From Phoronis australis (lineage: Eukaryota; Animalia; Phoronida), in contig NMRA01000700.1 of the NCBI GenBank assembly GCA_002633005.1, positions 15,637-79,636 on the forward strand: a stretch of 64,000 bases of DNA. Reading direction: 5' to 3'. A program made the translations under genes and the position numbers. Numbering within the stretch: position 1 is the stretch's first letter; the number at the start of each line of letters is the position of its first letter. Under the pieces are notes generated by a model. It was not told the origin of the DNA and searched no databases. It was given only the letters and a program-made list of their open reading frames with translations. Positions 37,149 through 50,230 of this stretch are shown here, piece by piece.

Positions 37149-39348
37149 GTAATTGGGAGTATTATGGTTTGTAGACTTTTCTTAACATCAAATACCTTCC
37201 AGTAGTTTTCTTTTTAAGTTGCTGGTAGTTTTGGCGCTCATTTTGGTAATATAGGCAAAATCACGGTTTGAGACAGATAAGAATAAAAGACTAGATTCGA
37301 GTTTTGTCTGTGCACGTTACACATGCAAATTGTGTTATTGATTCCATTTTTTTACTTTTCATGTACCTTAAGCTTTTACTAATTTTACTGCAACGGCGTG
37401 GCCCCGCTGCCAAATTGTAAACATTTTCAAAGCGTTAAAGTCAACAGTTTTCTAGATATTTTCTCAATGCAGTGTCATTTCAATAAGGTCCTACATAACA
37501 TTAGATTTACCGCAATTAAGTTACTAAACCATTCGTCAACAAGTTTCCTACATTTCCAACGTGTGCTTTGCAATTGTTGAGATTTTTCATAAGCAAAAGC
37601 ATCCGCAGTGTTTTTGTTGCCTTGATGTCAACCTTTTCTTGTACGATATTGCTACAGTATACTTGGAACGCGATACATGCATTTGTATTAGATTAGAAAG
37701 TAGGAATCGTCGAATCCTCAGTGTTAAGCCGTTAACGCATGGCCCATATGTATTGGTTCGAAATCCATGAGTACTCAATCAACTGCCGTCGTATGAGCTT
37801 CATGCGAAACCACCCCGACTTTGAAAATGGTTCAATAAACAAAAAACAGAACTGAAAGATGCTAAAGTTGTGTATTGTAAGAATGAGTTTTACTTGCAAA
37901 ATGCATACTTTGTTATAAATTGGTGATTTTAAACGTGTCTTTACACGATTGAGTGTATCGTTTGGCATGTTTTCAAAGCGGAGTGTTATACAGCTAACAG
38001 AATATCGTTTGCATTTTTATAAGTGCATTTGCGATGTCTAAAGTGAAAATGTTGATGAAAATACTATATAAATATCACAAAATGCAAATATTTCAAATTC
38101 ATATAGTTTTGAATTTTGCTCTTCGACGGTACTCGCGCATTTTCGGAAACATCATTGAATGGCATAATTCGGTGCTGCTGGCGTGTTCAGTTAAGCAACC
38201 CGTATACAGTATTTTTATCCTTTCCCAAAAGAGACGCCCTGATGTTGATCTCCTGTTGCGTTTTAGCGATAATTGTGGTGGGTTTGGCAGTTCCTTAGCA
38301 ACCAGCCAATTGAGTTCAACATGTTTGGGTTCCTCAATCCAGCGACAAGTAATGACTTGCCGGAGTGTTTCGTTTCATTTTAGTAGATTATCTATCCTAA
38401 AATTTAGGAGAATTGATGTCACAGCTGTCAACGTTTTTGTTTTAAATCCAAAACGAAAACCAACCTTTTTAGAAATTTGTTTATTTTGCATGATACAAAT
38501 GTTCTTTGTATTGTGCTATAATTTATATTGCAAAACATATTTAATGACTTTCAATGTTCCATTGGTTGTACACAAACACAGAACACAATGTATAGACCAT
38601 AAGCAGTTAAGCAAAACTTTGTGATTGTCTTCCTTTCGGATAAGTTCATGGAGTGCAGAAAAAAGAATGGAGCTATCAAAGTTGGGATGACTTAATGATT
38701 ATTGGTTGGCTTACAGTGTACAAGAAATTCGAATGTTTTTCATTATTTAAACTATTTATTCTTCAAACGAATCTTACAACAAATTCAAAATGGCATTAGC
38801 GAAACTATATAAATCACCCCGAAATTGCCCTCAGATGAGTTTGGTAGTGCATGTATCAAAGACTAATTTTAGCTGCAAAAAACTCCATTGATGCCCAATG
38901 TTTTTGTGGTTCTTTAAATTTAGGATTATTGTGGTTTTGGTCACTTTTTCAGTTGTAGATTTTGTGTTGAAGGGATTAATAAAAATATTAGCATTTTTTA
39001 TTGGTTGTGTATATGTAATATTTTGCATATGATAAAACACAACAGAATTTTCTTGTAATCTGTTTAAAAGGGATTCCAGAATGGATTGTGCTTTTCTCTT
39101 AATTATATTTATAGTTGGTCTTTGCTGACCATGTGCTTTTACAATCTTGCCAAAAAGAACAGGTAACATAGCAATGCACAAATAAATCTTTGTCACTTTA
39201 AATTTAACGTCTTTCTCTAGACCATGTCTCCATTATATTTTTAATTTCAAAAAAATATAATCAAACCTGTAACTTAACATGTCCCAATATTAAATATCAA
39301 TTTCAGCATATAAAACTTCGTCACTTAAATTTATTTGTTTTGTTGCAG

Positions 39349-39677
39349 ATCAAGATCCAGATGTCAACGGTGACGATATCAATGGCTGTTATATGTTGGA
39401 CAATACGTTCTCCGATGAGCATAGCTGGCTGTCTTCTAACAAACAGGTAGACATTGCACCAATAAATCTGGACCAGGAAGTCTGCGTATACCGATGCCGT
39501 GAACAAGAAAGGAAGAAGGCTCTGTTGTGGAAAGGGAAGGAATGTATCTGTGTAAATACCTTACAATTAAATGAAGTGCATCTAACCGATGACGTTAAGT
39601 GTGACATGCCGTGCCCCGGAAACTTATCGCAAAGTTGTGGAGCACAAACAGGCATTTATGTTATGGACGCTGCTTAG
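39349..39677 (+). CDS. WSC gene A, terminal WSC exon 3
   Basis: gttgcag acceptor, phase 1; DQDPDVNGDDINGCY...VCVYRC...KGKECICVN...CDMPCPGNLSQSCGAQ...*; AATAAA at 39928. Confidence 0.9.
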
Positions 39678-40934
39678 ACAATCACAGGCAAAAAACACAA
39701 AAAGACATGAGCCAAAAGTTTAATTCCCTCGATTATTTGTATGGATGCTTATGAGAGCGATATGTAAAGTATGGTGTTCACTTAGTTCTCTGCTATGTGT
39801 GCAAGTAATTCACTACGAGCACATTGGTATAAGACCCATAACACCAATCTCCTATTACATGTAATTACGTCACCCCAACAAAAAATGTCAGGTAAAGTCA
39901 CGTATTCGTAAAATAGTTAATTATTGCAATAAAAAGTGTTATCATTCTCTTTTCTTCCCTCATTTCTTAAGTTCTGTTTTGGTTAAACATAACCAACGGG
40001 GGCCGTGACTTCCACGTTGGTGCAAAAAACAAAACAAGATGAAAACTGTCGCAATTATATAATAGCAAGAGCAACGCAGAGCGTTGAAACGCTTAGGAAT
40101 CTGAAACTCAATCGGTGTGTTTATAGTGTTTCAGTACTATAAAAACGACCATTAGACGATAGCGCAAAAGCCGTCAAACCCAAGCGACATCGTCTCTCTA
40201 TTACAAACTCAAATTTCATGAAATAACAACACGGAGCCTCAAACATATAGAGACGTAAAAAACAAATGTTGCTGTTAGAAAGCCTAACGCGGGTCGGATC
40301 TGTCCATCCTATGTCAAGTTAATAGGAATAAATTTGACAAAATGTTGTCCTGCAGCAAGAGATAGGAAAATGAAGTCACCAGGTAGCACCGCATTTGCGT
40401 TGGACCCATCTAAAATCCCCCATAGTCGTGCTCATGCGGAAGGAACATATCTCCTGATTTTCAGAACTGTCCTCTGAGCGGTATAGGGGGATTTACATGC
40501 AGACGACAAAAATCAGTTTCAAAAGTAATTGACATGGCCACTGGGTGGCACAGAATATGTCAATTCCAACACTAATTGGACAAATGTTGTTATATAAGAA
40601 ACCTGTTTCCAAATGTCATAAAAAACATCAAGGACCTCCGAGGCTATGTCGACAAATTTAAATTATGGAATATACTTTGGGGGCTTATCGGCATTCGTTC
40701 TGTCCTAATTGCCATGGAGAACCATTGTCAGATATAAAAGTTAAAGGAACTTGAGCTGCGGCCATGGTCGTAACAAATACAATCGACATAAGTGGACACC
40801 AAAAGTGTCAGGTCTGTCCAAAAACATCGATGGTCTTCTGATCAGGAACACAAGTGTTATGATTCATAATGATACCTTGAGCAGTACATATAAATTCATG
40901 TGCTGACATAAGCCAATTGAGATTCATATCAAAC

Positions 40935-40990
40935 GTAACCCTGTCTGGGAATCGAACCACATGTCTCTAGATTGCTGGTTACATTTATGT
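40935..40990 (-). repeat. Decayed tRNA-derived SINE head
   Basis: Minus strand ggttcgattccc (B-box-like); no full cloverleaf. Confidence 0.3.
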
Positions 40991-41269
40991 TATCCATTCC
41001 ATAAGCAGTCCTTGCCTTTTAAACACGACGTTTGAACAATTTTATCATGAGATTTATTGCACTCTGACATAAATCCTAGTATTAGGGCAGATACCATTCT
41101 ACCGCCCTTCATGCTTCATGTTTAACTCCTAGTTAATTCCTACCCAGTCGGATGGTAGCGCTGTTTGTTCTTTCTCTCCAGCTTCCTGTTAACCCAGCCT
41201 CAAGCAACACTCGTATGTTTTTCCAATCATACCATTACTACAAAGTTTAAAATTCTCCACCATCCAAAT

Positions 41270-41420
41270 TCGTAAATTGAAATTTTTGAGCACACGACGA
41301 GACACGACAACATACAAAAAGACATACTATACGGCCACGTGGAAGGGAAAAGAGCAAGAGGACGACAATGATTATTATGGAGTGATGACATCAAGAAATG
41401 GGCAAGCTCAACATATCGCC
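41270..41420 (+). mobile_element. RTE-clade LINE 3' fragment
   Basis: EHTTRHDNIQKDILYGHVEGKRARGRQ*LLWSDDIKKW matches the RTE GHxxR...GxxEGKRxRGR...WxDDI motif. Confidence 0.75.
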
Positions 41421-41824
41421 TCCTCACATGATCCTGGTTCCAAACAACCACTTTTCTGGGTATAAGTTGGTTATCAGGCAACAATCCCCTTCTGGTTTTG
41501 GGAGGAGACCTAGCGGGGAGGTACAAAGGTTATCGAAGGGATGGGTAGGAAAGGGACCTGCCATGCGGCCCAGGTCCCATTGTTTATGAATTTGTTCCAC
41601 GCCTGCTGTGGTTGATGAGTTGCTGAAATCAAGTTTCTTGTTATGATATGGCGTATTGTAACGTACAGGTGGCAGGATTGTTCATCCATGAACAACGGTG
41701 ACCATGTGAAACATACTGAGCCACAACACCATGTTGCTTACAATATCTCTTTTTATCACTCCGTCTGCTCTGCTCACTCAGCTTGTCCGGAACCTGCTTT
41801 GCAGGTTGTTATAGTCCAGTTGGC

Positions 41825-41985
41825 AGTTTGGTGTACCCACTTGGTACTTTATATGATATTTTCGTATGTGGCAGTTTGTACCCATTTGGTACTTGTTTAA
41901 TTTGTCAATGGCTCGACCCACTTGGTAGGCAATCGGCCAATACCTATTTGATATTATGTACATGTACCCAATTGGTACTTTGCTA
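41825..41985. repeat. Cluster of four quasi-palindromic GTACCCAnTTGGTAC motifs
   Basis: gtacccacttggtac, gtacccatttggtac, acccacttggtag, gtacccaattggtac within 160 bp; resembles transposon subterminal repeats. Confidence 0.6.
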
Positions 41986-42249
41986 ACCTGTGCCAATTCT
42001 CGTTACTAGAAAAACATTACGAACAATGGTAATACCACCTCCCTAGTCCATTATTTAAAACGACAAGAAACACTTAAGTATCATTTCATTAAGAAGAATC
42101 ACGTTGGCCGTTGGGCTACCGTATGTCGCAACAGTTGATACAACGTCAAATGTATGAGGAAACAAATCACCTGAAAGCATTTTGACGGAACCAAAACGTG
42201 CTGTACACCGTGGTGAAAAGATATGCAAGACCAGTTCGCCAATTAACCA

Positions 42250-42640
42250 TGTCTACACTGAACGTCAATATCTATACAAATATCTTGGCCTGGTCCACCA
42301 TGAGACCAAAAGTACACCAGTGCTTTAATCCGCAGAATAAGTAGTCGATCTGTCGCTTGACCCAACAATAGCGACTGAAATAAAAACACCTTGTGGTGAA
42401 AAGATATCACACGAGTAGATCGTCGAGGTACCAGAAGTACAGTGTACACTGAGAGTCAATATCTATACAAATAATATGCCCTGGTCCGTCGAGAGACATA
42501 AAATTTGCAATGATAAATATGTCAAACAATACTAGAACTGTTGCAAAACCAAAAATACTTTCGCTTTGAGAGTCAATAGGTACATGAATTAACTGACCTG
42601 GTCCTCCGTGAGACATGAAGTACACTATGCAAAAATTCTG
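42250..42640 (-). repeat. Three degenerate direct repeats translating as xFxSHGGPGxxIxIxIDxQ
   Basis: Units near 42250-42320, 42440-42510 and 42565-42630 share gtcaata...cctggtcc..gagac. Confidence 0.65.
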
Positions 42641-43719
42641 AATTAAAAATTCTACCTAGACACTTTTTATTCCCCAGTGGTTGCTCATAAATGTATTTTA
42701 TACATCTTTTCGTTACTCATTGACAAAACTTGGCACAATTTCACCCAGACAAGAAAGACATAGTATGCCTCAAATTTGTCATCACAAGCCTAGTCACAGA
42801 AAGTGATCTCTCTGCGTGCTATGATTCAACATGGGAAAGACATCCTAGCAATAGCAGCTCTTGGTGTTTGAGAAGATGACGCCGTCTGCGTGCTTGAGTG
42901 TGGAACGCATATTATCTGGCTATTCCCCTCGACTTTGGACATTCCAGAAGGAACGTCAGCGTCTGAGTTATTGCTGATATGAGAGCAAAATATATTGGTG
43001 CATTTCATGTTTCTACTGTTACATAGGCAATCGGTAATTTAACAGTAGACGCAGTGTTACTCATCATGCCGATAGCCAGAAATGAGTCAGTCACATTCAG
43101 GGAATCTTGTGATGGCAAATCTATGTCTCAGAAATGGAGCCAATCCTCCAGTGAGCCTACATGTAGGTCTTCATCCCTCATCCTGCTAACCACAAATGAC
43201 ATGCAAAATGACAGCTTCCATCTGCATGTTGCCTTTCAAAAACCTGGTGGTCAACTCATGTGAAAGGTTGGTTTTTCTGTAGCATTTAATGGAAAAACAA
43301 GTAGAGACAATCAATTTAACTAAATACTACGTTAGTTATATTTCACTTTTTCAATATTTTAATGGTATTTTCAACCAAAATTGTCGACCTTGTTTTGTCG
43401 CCATCAATGCATTCGCATAGACAGAATCTACATTGATACACGGTAGTAGCTTTAGGTTCAATTGTCACGATCATTTAATTTTTGTAACATTGTCAAAAAC
43501 ATTGTGAGTTGTTGAACGTGTACATTTCTTGATGATACTGCGTTTGAAATAAGTGTGACTTCCATAATTATTATTAAACGTGTTACACCCGGAGGAAGTG
43601 TGTTGGCGGTACTAATATAATCCAGGTTTTATCACAGCGTTATAATGTTTTCATGCATATACGTTACAGGAGATCAGGGTTTTACCGTCAGAAGGGTGAG
43701 TTTCAATATGGACATAGCC

Positions 43720-44150
43720 ATGCACGAATTATGCAACCCGGGTAATTAATAGCCCAATGGAACGGACGTTAATAGTCATGCTAAAATACTACTCATGTTT
43801 CATCAGTCATTTCACTGGACTCCTATTGAATATATTAATACAAAAGACCTCGCGTATGTCATCACTTTCGCGACAGTGGCGACAAATCCAAGAGAGGAAT
43901 TCTATGCAATATTATACATGTATAATATTTCAATTTCATTCTCATGGTCAACTTTAAGACATGCTATCTCAGAAGAGGCAAACATGATATTACGCACGTG
44001 GAATTTCGTGAACTCTAAGATTATATATAAGAGTTCAAGGTCCTGCCACGAGATTCCTCCAGACCATGGTCAAATTTGAGATTTGTGTCGATTCAACGAC
44101 TGTACATGTTGAAAGAGACCGATACCATTAATGACTACCGCTGCCATATT
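43720..44150 (-). mobile_element. Highly decayed RTE-like LINE 3' fragment
   Basis: GISWQD...IL...RIP...RG spacing resembles LINE RT C-terminal motifs; many stops. Confidence 0.35.
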
Positions 44151-45939
44151 AACTATTGATTTGTTTGCATATTGGAGTTGCATGAAGATCAATGTCTTGC
44201 TTGCAAATATTTTTTTCCTACCTGCAACCTGGCCTGAGTAAAACAACCAGACGCACATTGAAATATGATGTTAGTTGACGACATTTCCAAGTTGCATTTG
44301 TCTGCAAGCCCGCAACCAAGAGGGCTTCGGGGTCAGATTAATACCGCCCTCGGAAAGTTTACAGCCCCGACCTTTCCGTTAATACATGTTATCGATGGAC
44401 AACAACAAAATTGTTGCAACTACCGGCATTACTAACTAAAACGATAACTAAAGTAGTAATAATGTTGAACTTAATTCTCATTGAAAGCGCTTCTCGTAGT
44501 CATCGACCCGTACCCCACCTGAGTGGTGTTTGTGTAGTTGACAAGATGGTGCAGACAATAACAGGAGGTTTATGTTATTCATTAGCATTGAACGGGCGTG
44601 ATGGCTACACCATAGGGTAACAAGGGATAGTTTATACATGTACCTAGCTAAGCTGATTGGCTTGTCGAATTCTCAACAGGCAGCGGTTTACGCAAACAAA
44701 CTGCCATGACTGATGGACTGAAGTTGAAATGTGGTCTGTTGTACAGACAAATAGGTGCTTAAAACTCATATTCAGGAAATATGAAGCCTAGAAATTGAGA
44801 TTGCGCCTTTTCGGAATGCATCTTTCTACTGTCGATGAATTTTGTTTACCATAGTGTTAAATCGGCCAGTTATGTGTTTATTGTGCATATATGTCCGTCA
44901 AGCGCGCGGCTATTAAACATCACTGCAGAAAGGAAATAGTTGCTGCAACGCCACTTGCATGACAAGGCTAAAAATTGTTCTCAGTCCGCCATTATTTCAC
45001 GGTGTTGTAAAGCTAACCAATGACTGCCGATGTTACATAGACCAATGCTAAAGCGCTTGCCTCTGCGTGATACCTGCGTGCTGGCTGTGCTAAGCACGCA
45101 GGGCTCCAGCGAGTTACACAGCATGATGACGTAAAATCGGCAGTAGCTGTTAGTGATGTGTTGTCATATCTTCAATTTGGACTTCAAGGCCTATATGTAC
45201 ACTTAACGGCACCTTTTATAAACCTGTTCCTCAGCTGTGATACAGTGGGCTTTCTTTTCAACAGGACGGATAGCACAATGCAGGTGCAGTGAAACAAATA
45301 CTGGAAATACTGTAAAACTTACGTGTGTCCGTCTCTCACGTACTTCAGCTTGGCTAGTACGTTGTTAGTATTCAGACTAATAGGTAGCGTTTTAGCCAGA
45401 TGGCGCAGCATTGGGGTCGGAACACTGCCAGATTAAACCTGAAACTACCTGAATTTTTGAAAGAGAGCTTTCGATGCGTTCATGTACAGCTTTCTTAACG
45501 CCCCTTCCAAACCAATCTTCCTGAAGTGCATAAATAACAGAAATTTCTTGATAGCATTTTGCTATTTGCATGTACTTATCTAGAATTAAGATATGTATAG
45601 TAGGCTTCAGGGAAAACAGGTCGAGAGCATGTTACATGTAATCGTTTACAGGCAGGATTGTTCTGAAACCCCCTCGACCCCCACAACCCACTACTTTCAC
45701 ATCCCAAAAGACCCTCGACCCACGATTCCTTCGACCCAGTCTACACAAGCTCGACCGAACATAGAAAAGGGGCTGTCTTGCAGGACCAAGAAGTTTCAAA
45801 CGTTATTCCGGTCAGATGGTAATCTTCTTGTCAGCTCTTCAGTGAATAGATGTGAATACATGTAAGTAGTATCTAATGTAAGTATTCACATATTTAGATA
45901 TGCTATTCAGAACATATAAAAACAAAAACATGTACAGAT

Positions 45940-46480
45940 ATATGCCTGGAAACCAGAAGAAGCAATATTTATAAGCGATACGTAAAAATTTTATAACGTT
46001 GCTTAAGAGGATTTCATTTAGAACAAGGTCAGATTTAGGACTACCATTCAATACTAGTGTAACTTTAGTAGGGACATTATTACAAGAATTGAGAGCATTT
46101 ACAATTAAGTGGTTTTCATTGAGTGTACGAAAGACTGAGTCTCTCAGATATTCGATGAGGGGACATTTTCGGTATCAAAATGCCCCTTTCCTAAAAATGT
46201 TAATTCATTTAGAATTATTGTCAGTACATGGACATGTCAATTGGCGTTCTACTAAACGAAGATAGAGCTTGAAGAAGATACGACCGACAAATAGACGGTC
46301 CAAGCAAGTACTCAAGCATTTCCAGCGAAGACTAGTAACATAGGATCTCTAAGAATTAGTATCAAATACACGAGAAATGGCCAATTTTTCCAAGAAGAAT
46401 TGGGATTGAAAAAAATCGATTCCATGCCAAACTGTGATAGGTGAATGAGGAGAAACATTATACATGCATGTTCTCTCCTG
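45940..46480 (-). mobile_element. CR1-like LINE 3' end fragment
   Basis: TSLRWKC...LF...TCPC...KCPLIEYLRDSVF...LVLNGSPKSDLVLNEILLSNVIKFL matches the invertebrate CR1 terminal RLR..CxC..CP..R...LLxG...N..I...V..F pattern. Confidence 0.6.
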
Positions 46481-49400
46481 CAAAAAACTAAACACCTTCA
46501 ACAAATTCCAAGGGAATATTCCTATCGTATAGTCAGTTTCACATCAAAAACAAAAAAAAATTCTCGTATATGTCGTTATCGGTGAAGGAAGTACAGTTTG
46601 CAATCCAAGACTGCAGCTATTTCCCGTGCACACTTTTTGTTGGTCAGTGACTCATCGCATAATAAGCAGCAAACCCCAACCCCCATATATGTATATGCTT
46701 AAGTCGTGTTCGTCTTCAAATTGTTTGATTACAGCTTTCCGACATATGCCTTGTCCATTTTCCAAGCTTGCACTCACGCCAGTGACAGTAATATCACAAT
46801 CAATCAAGTTTACGCGCCTTCCTACCCCATACTCACAGTCAGCGCATATCTACATTTACATCACACGGTCCCTTGTCGTAGCTAACATCAAAAAGTTCCA
46901 GAAAGCGGACACCTTATTGATGCTGTGGCGATGAAGATGGTTTTGTTGTGATTAGCTAGTCAATTGATTTGTTCAATCTATGAAGATGTTATAAAATGTT
47001 TGTGGTAATGCGGTGCTCATTAGCTGGTTTCTTTTCCCTCGAAGTTCGTTTGCGATAATGGTTACGGCTTCAGAGATATCCTGCCAGAAAGTCATCGACA
47101 AAATCATGTCATTGATGCAATCTGACCGGGCAACAGAAGTTGTGGTGGGCGTGGTCTGATTGCGTATGTCGGGAGTTCACAATTCTTCTCAATCGTCCAG
47201 GTGTGACGGTTGTATTTAAAGTTTTGCTATCTTTAACACGTTCGCAATCTCGTGCTCCAGCTGTCTTGATAACGTTGCTGCAAAGCAAAAATGAACCAGA
47301 CGAATTTACGGATCTTCACAGTTGGTAATTATGCTTCACTTCAATATTTATATGCAACATAATCAAATCAGTCACCTTCACTTTCCTGCTAATGCGCGGC
47401 TACAGCTCGCCAGCGTATGCATGGCTTCTCTGAGAAAACTATTCCCCTCGCGTTGACGCAGCACTTGCCGCAGAACATCTTTTTTGTCTTTAGGACATGT
47501 TTGCTTCCTTGCAGAAGGACCAACCTACTCCCGCACAATGCTTCTTGTCCTCATTGAAACGAATAAGTGTCGACCAATAGAAACAATTCCTTTCAACAAA
47601 TCGTTGTCGATTTCATCAGCCTTAACAAGTACACAGACAGGCATCAGGATCGAAGAGCTTATCCGAGATCACGCACTAAAGAATGCCCAGGAACAGGGTC
47701 TTTTACTCCCAGAACTAAAACAATTCGGACACAGAAGTGGTCCAGGAGTAGAGTGACTTGTTTGTGGGAGAGGAAAGTAGGCTTGCACGGGTTCGAACCA
47801 CTTACATGTGAGACTTGATTACGCATTGTAATTTTCGTTATTTGGCTTGAGACTTGAAACTTGGTTTACAAGGTATTTGAACACGTGTGTCGGAAATTGC
47901 AAGGGCACACGTTGCGACTAAACCACGACACTTCGTCCGTATACCCGGTTCCTCTGTTAAAATAACATCATCAAATCTTGACAAACTTTCTGCACTGACT
48001 TTATTAGCCATTTTGAAAGGGAAGACTATATATACATGTATACTTATTTTGTTGTCATTAGTTTTGACCTGGTAACCCGTTACGTCATCTAATTAGTTAC
48101 AAAACATCAACATGAAGGAGCTGGACTTTTCTGCCTGACAGCAAGTGTTATTTAAATCACAAAAAAGTAATGGGGTTAATAGATTATTTATCGCCCTAAG
48201 TGAATCAGATATGTTTTCTAAAAACCATTTCGTCCATAAAACGTTTAGTAACGTCACAACCATTCAATAACTTACTATATGTTTTGGGAAAAGTTTACTC
48301 GTCACCCGTCATGTTAATTGCTAATATGTAATTACATGTACTGTACTTATTCACTTACACTCTTAAAAATAATAACTAGAAATTTAACTTGTTAATTACT
48401 ACAATACAAGAATTTTGTGTTGGCGACAGCGTACGTTTTAGCAGTCCTGCTTTTGGATTAAATTTTCATTTTTTTTTCATTTTTCCACCACCCGCTACAC
48501 CATCAAAACGTCTCCTGACGACGGAATTGATGAATTGTCAGGTCCCTGCAGTATTATTATTTCCATGTGACATACAGTAGGTCCTCTTTCCAGTTCGGTT
48601 CAAAAGAAAAAAGAAGGACGTTTCATCCACTTTTAAACAAACACAAGTTCCCTTTGGACAAAAAAATAACAGCGTTGTGCACTGTCGGGTGTCATGACTA
48701 CATTTGATATCATATAACAACAGCAAAAACTGTCCCCGTGGTTTCCTTGATTTTCGGCAAACATTTCACTCATGCAAATTGACAAAAAATATATCTAAAA
48801 TGACTAACTTGAACGCATCTTGAGTTACGACTTGCCGTAACATCAGGTACATGTAGTTTACCATCATGACTCTCAAATGACTCAATCGAAGCATCGTAAG
48901 TGACTATAGGCACACCTTAAGGTCATCGTAACAGGAAATAGCTGTACCGCCTCATCATTTCAATTGACGTAACAAATTGTTTAAAAATTATATTAAATTC
49001 ACTCTTCCCTAATCAGATACATTTCCGATCGATTTTACATGTTTCTGCTAAGTGTCAAAGCTTGATGGCTTATACACAGATGGTGTAATTTGCTTGAGAC
49101 TTATACTCACCAATGCATCCTTGTGCTTTATATTATGTTGGAATTTTAATCACCTATATCATAAATAAGACCTATTAAAATGCGACTTGATTCGTAATAA
49201 AGAGCAGAAAGAGTACTTCTAATACTTTATGTTTAGTCGGCGCAATATTGTCTATGTTATTATCTTTGATTCTTGTGCGTCTTAGATATGTATTGAATGT
49301 TTTCATTGTTTTTGACAAAACTTACATGTAATTCTCAGTATTGTCCACATTTTGAGTAAGGCAAAATCTTATGACGTTTCCGTTAATTTCGTCAATGTTA

Positions 49401-49524
49401 GCCTCATGAAGTCGATGTTCAAACCCAAGTTTCATGATGTCTTTGAGAAAAGCAAGGTTTACGCTAACACCAAGGGATGAGAAAGCCGATTCAGAAATGC
49501 TGCAGAAAATGACTGCATTAGCCA

Positions 49525-49605
49525 ATGCGTATGTATGTATATACATGCATATATATGTATGTACGTATGTATGTGTGTAAGTACTGTGTTTGTATATACG
49601 TGTGC
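49525..49605. repeat. Degenerate (TATG)/(TA) microsatellite
   Basis: Visible gtat/tatg repeats. Confidence 0.8.
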
Positions 49606-49619
49606 ATGCTTCGTTAAAG

Positions 49620-50230
49620 AGAAGACTAGACTTTTTGTTAGGAGCACGATACTGGTACGTTCGTAATTTCGAAACAGTCTCATTTCTTCTGGTGTGCAGG
49701 AATGAAGTAACAAACCAAGGGACATAAGAAATATGCAAAAATAGTAGCTATATGCCGTGACTTCATGTCACTTCATCAGGCAATTAGTGAAAGAAAATAT
49801 GCAGAACGGCAACTCTATCAAAACAGAGCCGGCGTGCGATACACACCTGTGAGCTGTTCATTCAATGCAGGTTTGTCATGACTAATCAATAGCGGTTCCA
49901 AAATCTTTAGCCGAAACATGTCATTTTGAACATAGCACCTGATGGTATTGCCTACTATTTCCCGCGTACTTATTTTTCGGCCATGTTGGTGTACAAAGTG
50001 ATCTTGAATGGACCTGCCCTGCGAGTGCATGGACATCCGTCGCTAGAGAGAACACACCGTGTGTCCAATGTAACGCTGTTCACGAGAAAGAGGACCAAGA
50101 CATTCATCCACATGACATGTGAATTGGTAAACAACATTACATGAGCCCTCTAGTGGGTAGTCTTCCACGACTGGGGTTGCTTGTCATGACAAGGTGACGT
50201 GACTTTATATTCTGATAACAAATGACTACA
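49620..50230 (-). mobile_element. Penelope-like 3' fragment (GIY-YIG), related to family 1, with a decayed hammerhead at 49747-49781
   Basis: NVVYQFTCHVDEC...RYIGHTVCSL*RRMSMHSQGRSIQDHF...RLKILEPLLISHDKPALNEQLTG; downstream gc-CTGATGA-agtgac-atgaa-gtcac-GGCA (GAAA mutated). Confidence 0.85.

Noticed and set aside
38034-38624. Longest ORF in the window (196 aa)
   Set aside because: No recognisable motif, AT-rich composition, and it lies in the intron between WSC exons 2 and 3 without convincing splice signals.
42826-43270. Possible hAT dimerisation-domain remnant on the minus strand
   Set aside because: Only vague LP..V.VE spacing; the ERSFS motif is not recoverable.
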